Shown here: positions 53,483-64,000 of the stretch, one piece after another
Layout: each line of letters starts with the position of its first letter
Numbering within the stretch: the stretch's first letter is position 1
Origin: the human T2T-CHM13v2.0 reference genome, Homo sapiens
Reading direction: 5' to 3' (one strand)
Assembly: GCF_009914755.1 (NCBI RefSeq)
Contig: NC_060947.1
DNA length: 64,000 nt
Translations under genes and position numbers: made by a program
The notes under the pieces: generated by a model
The model's database searches: none
Seen by the model: only the letters and a program-made list of their open reading frames with translations
What the model was told of the DNA's origin: nothing

Positions 53483-54757
53483 CTACATAAAGAATGCAAG
53501 GGCTCAGAATCACATAACGGAAATCCAAATACATTTTTAAAAGGAAGGAACCTTTTCAAGATGGAAATAACTTTTTCTAACTTCATCTGGGCTGAGAGCA
53601 TTTATGAGCTAGGGCAATTAGGTAAAATGAACAATCCTTTCTGTTTGGTGCTTCTATAGCATTCTAAGCTACACATTGGGTAAGGAGCCAAGAAGATTCT
53701 CGATTTCATCCTCTAAGAAAGTTAGGGGGGGATGCATGGTTATTATGATTAACAGGGTTATTATAATTAAAAGATTGAGACTCATACAAAGAAGTATAAA
53801 TTGGTCCCAACTTTCTGGAAAACAAACTGGTAACAGAGCAAGTGCCTGAAAAACTGACCTAGTTAATCTACTACCAGGCAATAATCATGAGATGTATGTA
53901 AGGATTGGTACGTAAGGAAACTATACAACACAGTGTTAAAACATCAAACTGTAAGAAAATTAGCATCCAACAATAAAAGAATGACCAATTAGTAAAAAAA
54001 AGTTCTTGATAACAGCAATACAAGTATATGTATTATTTGATGTTAACGACGTAAAAATTAGGCACAAGACTGACTGAAAAAGGAGACAATGACTATCTTG
54101 TGTGATAAAATTACGAATGCCTTTTAAAAGTCTTGTATTTTCCAAATTTGGTAATGAGAGTATTTATTACTTTAATGATAAAAAACGGGACAAGTGTATA
54201 TAGTAGACAGATTTGAACAGGACTCCAGACATAAAAGCTGACACACATACATACAAACTCCAGGAAGAAAATCTTAAAATGCTCTTTGAGATGGAAGTGG
54301 CAGGACTTTACATGCCTTTCCCCTCTCCTCTTTCTGGCCTCCCAATTTTTAAAATGCCCCTTATACATTTTATTTGCAAGTGAAAACAAAAGTTTTGTAG
54401 GTGACTAAGGTTTCAGAAAGCTCTTGTTGGAGAATAAATCTGGTTCACAATATCCATTCTCTTTACAGGTTAACCAGAAAGTAACTGAGGACAGTTTGCC
54501 TCCACTGAGGCAGCAGGAGGCTACTGAGAATACTCATCAACATGCTTGAAAGGAGTATTACCTGTGCAGAGCATCAGGACTATACTCCAGTTTTCCTCAG
54601 GAGAAAAAAAATAAATACTAAGAGAAGGAGGAAATCTAAACTGTCTCCTGGTTAATGTGACCAGGGACTCAGTGGTATGTGAGCTTAGAAAATCCGTAAG
54701 CATCACACTCCATTGGGTGCAAAGTCTGGACCCTGGAGTGTGAGGCCAGTACCCTAC

Positions 54758-54988
54758 CTGTTGCAGTTGTTGCTGGTTGACTTGAGGTTCCCGGCGGGAG
54801 CCACCTTCCTCTTGCCCTGTATCCTCTTCTCCTCGAGACCCCTCCTTCTCCTTGCTTAGTCTCTCTCGAATCACAGGTTCTCCTCGGAGGATGTGGCATA
54901 GAATGGCCAGCATCGATTCAGCCATTCGTCCACCATATACCTTCAGGGGTTTCCGGTTCCATAAGTTTTTGATGCAAGTAAAGGCTGC
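54758..54988 (-). CDS. HUWE1: HUWE1 exon [14 protein letters not shown]...NQQQLQQ
   Basis: ORF 54521..55021; GT-AG flanks. Confidence 0.93.
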
Positions 54989-55167
54989 CTGTAAGTAATT
55001 TGAAAAGTGTGTGAAAATCATTTTGCTTCAATTCAAAGCTCAGAAGGATTAAGTTAAAGACCTATGGAACAGTCCTTCCACAACTAGTACCAGCAACAAA
55101 ATAATTGGCCAACATGAGGAGGTCTAAGGAGGCACAGAGAAGAGGCATTTTACTCAACCTTAAGCAG

Positions 55168-55519
55168 TGATACAGTTTGGAATATTTGCTCTGCCCAAAT
55201 CTCATGCTGAATTGTAATCCCCAATGCTGGAGGTGTTTGGGTCATGGGGGTGGATCCCTCATTGTTTAGTGTTGTCTTCATGATAGTGAGTTAGTGTGTA
55301 CCACCCCCTCCACCTCCTGGCTCCTGCCATGTGACATGCAAGCTCCCACTTAACCTTCCGCCATGACTGTGAACTTCCTGAGGCCTCCCTAGAAGCCCAG
55401 CAGATGCTAGCACCATGCTTCCAAAGCTTGCAGAACTGTGGGCCACTTAAATATCTTTTCTTTATAAATTACCCAGTCTCAGGTATTTCTTTATAGCAAT
55501 GCAAGAACGGCCTAATGCA
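55168..55519 (+). mobile_element. MSTB-like MaLR solo LTR
   Basis: tgatacagtttgg...cccaaatctcatg...cccagtctcaggtatttctttatagcaatgcaagaacggcctaat. Confidence 0.8.
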
Positions 55520-55723
55520 AGTACCAATCTGAAATTTACAGCTCAAATGTTTATCACGGAAAATTCTCAAATGGTCTATATTCCCTTACGTAAGGCAGCC
55601 CTATCTGGGAGTTGGATCCAGTGGTTCTTAAATAAGCATGTTATTTCATTAAGCAGGACAAAATAGAGTGGGAACGACTTAGCATGAGAAATTCCTTTTG
55701 ATTTTAGAATACTGAATACTCAC

Positions 55724-55961
55724 TTTCTGAGTTACCACAAGGAAGCGCAGTGCACTGAACTGGGGAAAGTTCTGGACACCTCCAGGCAATTTGGCAGGCA
55801 GCGAATGTGGAGATTCAAGCACCGTGGTGGGATTCACCATCTTCTCCACCAGCATAAGCCAGGCATCTAGGAATTCTCCTGTGCCATCAGGCAAGTCTGA
55901 GTGTTCCAATCCCTCAGAAACAGGAACTTTACCTCCCATGGACAGAGCCCAGTTGAAAGTT
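55724..55961 (-). CDS. HUWE1: HUWE1 exon [14 protein letters not shown]...FLVVTQK
   Basis: ORF 55679..55939; GT-AG flanks. Confidence 0.93.
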
Positions 55962-56178
55962 CTAAATTCAAATAAGGAAAAGTAGACAGAATATTAGTAT
56001 TTTACCCTGGCAAGGGGGGTTTACATCTAAAAGGTCCCCAATCTCTATATTGGCCCTACACGTCCCTCTTCTTAGAGCTATTACGTCTAATCTGTCCAAC
56101 AGTTTTCAGCTATACTATTTTTTTCTTTTGTTCCGCCTCTCCTCCGTTACTTTTTAGAGTCTTAAAAACCTAAACCAG

Positions 56179-56501
<323 letters not shown>

Positions 56502-56858
56502 CTAAACCAGTGAAACTCATCTTGAAATCATCTGACCAAGAATAGCAGAAAAATTATATTCAGAGAAACAACAGAAAAAGACAAACCTATTTTAAAAACC
56601 CATACTTGGAACTGGAAGCCACATGAGAAAAAGCAGAGACCCTTACAAACACAACTCTAGGGGAGGCTAAATCCTACCCTCCAAGGTAAATGGAGACAAA
56701 CATGGTTACTTCCCAGAACACTGAAGGATACAACCAATAGCTATTTCTATATATCCCACTGTTACAAGATAGGGTACTTAAAAGCAGTGGGCTGGGAAGG
56801 CACACAGCAAAGATCAAACTCCAAGAAATGCTCCTCTGTGAAGCAACTTGATCCTTAC

Positions 56859-56981
56859 TCAAAAAGAGCATTGTGGCCTCCGGAGCAGAGAAATTTTTGC
56901 AGCATGAGGTGGTAGGGATACTTCCTCTCATCAAACAGCATTGGGGATGTGAAACCAACTGAACAGATGAAGAATGTCAGC
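56859..56981 (-). CDS. HUWE1: HUWE1 exon [23 protein letters not shown]...HNALF
   Basis: ttcag|G ... GA|gtaagg; open frame. Confidence 0.92.
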
Positions 56982-57109
56982 CTGAAAGTGGAAAAAAAGG
57001 CAAAACTTTAACCTTCTGTAAAGCAGAGACAGAAGCAATAGGAAATTCATGTAAAAGGCAAGAGTAAAATTTACACACTGAAGTGACACCTCCCACCTAC
57101 TAAAGAATA

Positions 57110-57321
57110 CAGGATGAGTATCCCTATCAGAAAATTCAAAATGTTCCAAAATCTGAAACTTCTGATTGCTGACGTGACGCTCAAAGTACATGTTCATGGG
57201 AGCATTTCAGATTAGAGATGCTCAACTGATAAGTATTCCGCAAATATTCCAAAACCCAAAAAATTCCAAAATTCAAAACACTTTCTGGCCCCAAGCATTT
57301 TGGATAAGGGATACTACCTAT
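57110..57321 (-). mobile_element. MER46/Tigger4-like MITE
   Basis: TA-flanked caggatgagtatccct...aggggatactaccta inverted ends. Confidence 0.7.
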
Positions 57322-57546
57322 ATAAGACCACTGAAATGCAGTTTGACTGTAAATACTTAAAATATTACCCATGTTCTGTACTAGGTACAACCAAAACAAG
57401 TAACTTACACTTCATTTTCTAGAGTAAACAAGGGACCTCCAAATTCTCAAATTCAGTGGCTCACACTCCATTTTAAGAAGTATAGGAACAACTTACATAT
57501 TTTTTATTGTAACTTTCTAGTCCCTGAATCTCAAGCTGAACTTCAC

Positions 57547-57763
57547 CTGAATCGGGGAGTAGGTGTATATGGTGGGGGCTGCCAAGATAACCCCTTAGTC
57601 AAGAGCTTAGTGAGAGCTGAGGCTGTTGATCGCGCGGCAGGTGTCGGTGCTGTAGTGGTGCTGGCAGCATGATGGCTCCTTCTCTGGCGGACAGGAGATC
57701 CCACACAAAGTTTAACAAGAAGTCCAAATAGCTCAGCAAGTGCTCGGCCTAATCTGGAGGAAG
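57547..57763 (-). CDS. HUWE1: HUWE1 exon [19 protein letters not shown]...PTPRF
   Basis: ttcag|CT ... AG|gtgaag; open frame. Confidence 0.92.
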
Positions 57764-58553
57764 CTGAAACCCAGAAATCAGAATAAGACTGTACAGTATT
57801 CTCAGAATGGTTTAATTACAACAGACATATTACCATTAACATATTTTTATGACTCACCACTTCCTCCTACAACCCCTAGTTAACACTTGGATTTGTTCTA
57901 CATTCAATAATCCAAAAAGGAAGTCCCACAAGGAACAAATGCCACTTTTGACGGTAGGAGACAGATATGTGGCACTCAACAGATACCAAATGTAAAAGAC
58001 AAATAAGCACTCATACTGCTAGAGGAACATAAATTGAAACCATATTTAAGTTAAATGATATCTAGTGGATGATAAAGTCACTTAAAATGCCTACAGAAAA
58101 CTTTTAAAATGCCAAAAATGATTAGCCACTTAGATAAGAAAAGATCACTGACAATATACATAGTCTGATCACAACAAAAAATATGTAGTCCCAGAGGAAA
58201 AAATAAACTAGGAAAAGCAGGAAAATTTTTACAAGTAGCTTCTTAAGGAATTGGGCAGATTATGGACATCTCAAATTTTCCATTTCATAGGATGCTTTTC
58301 AATATATAATTCAACAAGGAAAAGGCAGCATACAAATATAAACATATGTAAAAGAAAACACAAAAAACTGAGTGCTTTCCAGCTTCTCTTTAAATATTTC
58401 ATGTGTTTTTATATTTCTACAATGAAATATACTTTTAAAATCATAAATGAAAATGTTGCCATAGCATTTTAAAAATAAACGTTATTTCACGTTTTTTCAT
58501 GAAACGTTATTTCATGATCCAGAGACAAGAAGGGCTAGGTCTGAATCAAAGTA

Positions 58554-61148
58554 CAGCTGACGCTTGATCAACACAGGTTTTCAACTATAGATGCCTACTT
58601 ATGTGTGAATTTTTTTTCAATAGATATACTGAAAATTTTGGAGATTGGTGACAATTTGAAAAAACTCTCAGATGAAACATGTAGCCTCAAAATATTGAAA
58701 AATTAACAAAAAGTTAGGTATGTCATAAACGCATAAAATATATGTAGATACTAGTCTATTTTATCATTTACTACCATAAAATATACACAAATTATAAAAA
58801 TTTAATATTTATCACACTTATGCACATACACTTATACACGGTGCCATTTGCAGTAAATAAGCAGTATTGAGTAACTGGATAAAATTTAGTACATATTATA
58901 CTCTGTAATAATTTTGTAGCCACGACCTGCTGATACTGTGGTGAGCTCAAGTGTTGCCACAATCTGCTTAAAACACTGTGTGAGGCTAAGCACTTCTACA
59001 TGAACAGTTCATCTCTCCAGTAAATTGTGTAGTGATCTCTCATGGTTCTCGCATTGTTTTTCATGTTTACCGCAATACTGAAAACCTGGAATAAACCTGG
59101 GTCACTCTATGACCCCATATGAAGTGTCACTAGTGACGTTGGAAGTGCTCCCAAGAAGCAGGGAAAAGTCATGACACTTCAAGAAAAAGTTGAATTATTT
59201 GATATGGATTGCAGATTGCCCACCACTTCAGGAAAAATGAATTCAGTGTAAAGACCATTGTAAAACAAACAAAAGGAAATTAGTGAAGCTGTTGCTGCAG
59301 CTACACCAGCAGGCTTGAAAACCTTGCACTTTTGTGAAATCTTTTTATTTCATATTGAAAATGCACGTTTATGTGGGTACAGGATTGCCATAATAAAGAC
59401 AAATCTATAGATTCTAATGCAATTCAAGAAAATAATGAACTCACTATATGAAAACTTAAAGCAAAAGGAAAGTGAAGGATCTAAAGCTGGAGAATGTAAA
59501 GCCAGTAAAGGATAATTTGATAATTTTAGAAAGAGATTTGGCTTAAAGAATGTCAAGATAATAGGAGAAGCAGCTTCTGACAACCAACCAACAGGCAACA
59601 GATAAGTTCCCAGACACCACTAAGAACATCATTGAGAAAGGGTATCTGCCTGAAAGGGTTTTTCATACAGACAAAAGTGCCCTACTTTGAAGGAAAAAAA
59701 AAAAAAGGCCACAAAGGACGTTTATTAGTAAGGAATAGAAGTGAGCAGAAGGATTTAAGGCAGGAAGGGACAGACTCACTCCTCTATTTTGTGCAAATGC
59801 TACTGGGTTTATAATCAGGACTGCCCTTACCTATATAGCTCCTAACTTCCGAGCCTTGAAGGAGAAAGATAAACTACCAGCTGCTGGTCTTTTGGTTGTA
59901 CAAGAAGGCCTGGGCAACAAGACCCCTTTTCTGGATTGGTTCCATTGATGTTTTGTCTCTGAAGTCAGAAGTACCTTGCTAGTAAGGGAGTGCCTTTTAA
60001 AGTTCTTTTGACATTAGACAATGCCTCTGGTGACCCAGAGCCCCATGAATTCAACACAAAAGGCACTGAAGTGGTCTACTTGCCCCCCAAAACCACATCT
60101 CTAATTCAGCCTCTAGATCAGAGAGTCATAAGGGGCTTTAAGGCTATTACACACAGTACTCTAAGGAAAGGATTGTTAATGCTGTGGAAGAGAACCCTGA
60201 CAGAGGGAACATCACGAAAGTCTGGAAGGATTACACCACTGAAGATGCCATCATTGTCACAGAAAAAGCCATCAAGCCTGAAATAAATTCCTGTTGGAGA
60301 AAACTGTCCTGATATTGTGCAGAACTTAACAGGATTTATGACAGCGCCAATCAAGGAAATCACGAGTTTGTGGATATAGCAAAAAAAAGGTCATGGGTGA
60401 AGAATTTCAGGATATGAATCTCAGTGAAATTCAAGAGCTAATAAACACCACACCAGAGCAAGTAACAGAAGACGTCTTGATAGAGATGAGTGCTTCTGAA
60501 CCGATACCAGATGATGAGGAAGAAGATGTAGAAGCAGTGCCAGGAACCAAAGTGACATAAGACAATCTGGCAGAGGGTTCTGATTACTAAAGAATACTTT
60601 TGACTTTTTATGATGTGGACCTTACTATGATATGGGCACCGAAACTAAAGCAAACGGTGGAAGAAAAATTGGTATTGTACAGACACATTTTTAGAGAAAT
60701 GAAAAAGCAACCAAGTCAGAAAGAAAGTACTGTGTATTTCCACAAAGTTACACCATGCATACCTGCCTTTCCTTCTACCTCCTTGACCTGTTCTGCCTCT
60801 GCTATCTCAGAGACAGCAAGACCAACATCCCCCCACTTCCTTCCTCCTCCTCAGCTACTCAATGTGAAGACCACCCAGATGAAGACCTCTATGATGATCC
60901 TCTTAATGAATAGTAAATATATTTTTCTCTTAAGATTTTAACATTTTCCTTTATCTAGCTTACTTTAAGAATACAGGATATAATACATATACAAAACGTG
61001 TGTCCATCGACTGTTTATGTTACTGGTAAGGCTTCTGGTCAATAGATAGCTATTAGTAGTTAAGTTTTTGGGGAGTCAAACGTTATACATGGATTTCTGA
61101 CTGTGTGGAGGAGTTGCCTCAACCCCCATGTTGCTCAAGGGTTAAATC
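58554..61148 (+). mobile_element. Near-full-length Tigger2 (TcMar/pogo) DNA transposon fossil
   Basis: TA-flanked degenerate TIRs (cagctgacgcttgatcaacacagg / cccatgttgctcaagggttaaatc); decayed transposase with KKQGKVMTLQEKVEL (~59150) and DDE segment LLTLDNA...YLPPKTTSLIQPLDQ (ORF 59990..60286). Confidence 0.9.
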
Positions 61149-62477
61149 TATGTCTTTTCAGGATATACATGCACATATAAACTCAGTGTGTAAAAATAGG
61201 CTCTACTTGAGCCTAGGTTACATATCCTGCTAAAATTTAGTAATAAGCTCAAATGTATACAGTATAGGAACAAGGAAAACAGTCCTTTCTTCTTCCTATT
61301 ACATCCAAATTAAGATTTCTTTATCCTAATTAGGGAATAGTCTACAGATATGGGTATACCCAGACTTTGAAAACCTAATGAATCCAATCATTGGGTTTAC
61401 ACTTTCTCACCACTGCTTTCAGGTGAACAGATAGCAAAGTGCTTAAAGGTAGTCCAAAGACAAGAGGATGGCAAAAGGCCAGTAACCAAAGAGAAACAGT
61501 ATATGGACTGGGTTCACACAGAAACCTCTGAATGCTCCAAGATCAAAGAAATATGACAAAGCAAGGAGAGAGAAATATGAACATCTTCTTGCTTGGTCAA
61601 TTTTCCTTTGAAGGTAATGTTGGTAGACTTTCAAATTAAAATAAATGGAGAATTAAACTAATTAAAAGTAAAATGTAAAATGCAATGGGAATTTGAGGTA
61701 ACAAATGGAAACACCAAAGGCCATTTTCTGTTTGCTTTTACGAAGGGCCCCAGATTCCTCTAAGTTAGGTCTCCATTTTCCTCTATATTAAGGTGCCAGA
61801 AAGTGACGACAATTTACGAACACACAAATAGGTTCCCAAACATTGGTATTACATTAAAGGGGAAAAAAAAGGGCAAACAGACCAGTGCAAATCATTAATG
61901 CAGTTTTGTATGCTGCCAATACAGTCTCAATAAAGCTGCCAAAGTGACTTTAATATAAAACACCTATCAGACTATGTCTCTTGCCAGTTATGTTCAAGGA
62001 ACACAAAAAGAGAAGACTAGGTGGAAGAGCCAGATAGTTATCCGAGAATCAAGATAGCTTAATAACACAAGCACCAAAGGAAGAATATTTCTAGATGGAG
62101 ATGGTGGGTCAACTACCATGCTGCAGACAAGTGAGAAGGGACTTAGGACAAGGACGTTGTAGATGCCTTGCTGAGACATCTCAGTGAAATGGAAGGAGCA
62201 GCAACAATATGCAATAGTTGAAGAGTAAGTAGGAGGAAGAAATTAAAGAAGGGAGGGTAGTAGATATGGCTCTCAGGAAGGGATTCTGTCATGTCTGTAT
62301 CCGTAGCAGCTAGTACAAAGCCTGTCACATAGCAGCCACTCAACAAAGGACACTTAAAAATGAGTCACAGAAGTTTTAAACTTCCTTAGGTGAAACAACA
62401 TAGCCTTTCCAACTCAATCTGTTTCAAGACTAAGGGACTGAAAGCCAGAAAAGGTAGGAGAAAGGAGAATGACTCAC

Positions 62478-62669
62478 CTGATAACAAAGGCTTGATTTGC
62501 TTAATTCTGGCAGCCATTGCTGGTGTGATTTTAGATTTGCCCTTAGAGTCTGAAGCAGTAGGTTCATCTGTCTCCATGGGAGCCAATGTGTCACCATCTA
62601 GCCCAATGCCTTCTAATAAGCCCTGGGTAGAAGCATCCATACTTCCAGCTGCTCCATCCTGTTCCCCAT
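62478..62669 (-). CDS. HUWE1: HUWE1 exon [17 protein letters not shown]...QIKPLLS
   Basis: ORF 62386..62745; tgtag| and G|gtgagt. Confidence 0.92.
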
Positions 62670-63545
62670 CTACAGATGTATAAGAGGGGAGCAATAGGAC
62701 AATGTAGAGCCAACATTTACCTGGTTCCTTGAGAAGTACTGACAAGATTACCTATGGTTTTTGTTACTCTTTCAATTCCCATGGCTTCCTAAATTTGAAA
62801 AACAAAAACACGACCCAAATATTTTACTGATATGCTCCTCTGGAGTTCTAAGTACCTAATGCTGACATCTTCAAATGACAGCATATGAATAGTATTAACC
62901 CAGGGCTACCTTGGAAGACTGTTGTAGGCACAGCCCAACCCAGGGGGTACCATTCACATGGACTACAGTGTGCACAGTACCCAATGCTGTCAATGTGGAT
63001 GCCCTACTAGAATGTTATAGCTTGTTAAGTTCAAACTAGACATCACAGATTACCACTGGACAATTTTATTTCCTAGCATTTAAGAATTATGTATATGAAT
63101 GTGACATGTGTCTTTTTCTTTGGTATATGCTTGCTCTTAGATCTAAGAATGAGCTTTATGCAAACTTATAAAACAAGTCACCAAGTTGTTCTCTTAACAT
63201 TCCAGAAAAACTGTGGAGAAGCTGAGTCGTTTTTGTTAAATGTGTTAAATTGCTAGAAAAAATATATCTGTTAGAGAGGCAATTCTTTGACAGTGAATCT
63301 AATTTCATTCTCAGTTCTTAGTCAATTTATTCTTTCCCTGAGTTAAATTTAGTATGTTTTGACTAAATTTGAAATTCTCATTTTGTCAGGTTTCTTTATA
63401 GTTTATTAATGTTATCCCATCCCTCACAATAACCAGCTGTCATATGTAAGTCCTTGTTTGTTGGTTCTAAGCCTATGTCAGCTTTATTAGTTCCTTAGAA
63501 ATTTCCCTTTCTAGTAATTTCTGTACAAGTTTTAAGCCTGATACC

Positions 63546-63844
63546 TTTTTTTTTTTTTGGAGACAGGGTCTCGCTCTGTCATCTAGGCTTGAGTGCAGGG
63601 GTATACTCATGGCTCACCATAGCCTCAACTTCCTGGGCTCAAGCGATCCTCCCACCTCAGCCTCCCTAGTAGCTGGGACTACAGGCATGTACCACCATGG
63701 CCGGCTAATTTTTGTATTTTTTTTGTAGAGATAGAGTTTCGTCATGTTGCCCAAGCGGGTCTCGAACTCCTGGGCTCAAACGATTCACCTGCCTCAGCCT
63801 CCCAAAGTGTTGGGATTAGAGACGTGAGCCACTGTGCCTGGCCT
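63546..63844 (-). mobile_element. AluJ-like element
   Basis: Alu consensus in reverse orientation. Confidence 0.88.
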
Positions 63845-64000
63845 GATGCATTTTTATACACAGAATTATCTTCATTGCTTTCTTAATAGTTTATCCTTTT
63901 TTATTTCCTCATTGATACTGAACACCAGAGAAAAAACATTCTGGAAAAGTTGCTTGTATTCATTTTAGGTTTGTAGCATTAGAGTCAGAAAATTGTGTAT

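Noticed and set aside
58477-58514. Direct repeat aaacgttatttca x2 near the Tigger2 left end
   Set aside because: Short AT-rich local duplication, not the element's TA target duplication
59990-60286. Transposase-like ORF as a possible TIGD-type gene
   Set aside because: Short fragment inside a decayed Tigger2 with frameshifts and stops on both sides

Overview
Primate (almost certainly human) genomic DNA lying entirely inside the X-linked HUWE1 gene (HECT/UBA/WWE E3 ubiquitin ligase), transcribed on the minus strand. Fifty coding exons were traced by hand with consistent splice phases, from 62669 down to a partial exon at the window start. They encode armadillo-like repeats, UBA, UIM, WWE, BH3, an acidic region, UBM repeats, a Thr-rich stretch and the approach to the HECT domain. 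One intron hosts the let-7f-2/miR-98 cluster. Introns also carry a full-length SVA antisense to the gene, a near-full-length Tigger2 DNA transposon with both TIRs, many Alus, MST LTRs, MER30, a MER46/Tigger4-like element and microsatellites. Nothing here looks like a wholly new biological system. The best leads are candidate alternative splice sites (one would delete a UBM core, one would add a premature stop), a GC-AG intron, the SVA, inverted Alu pairs, a triple-insertion Alu hotspot and a minisatellite born inside an Alu. Gene, domain and repeat-family identifications are from memory, not database searches.
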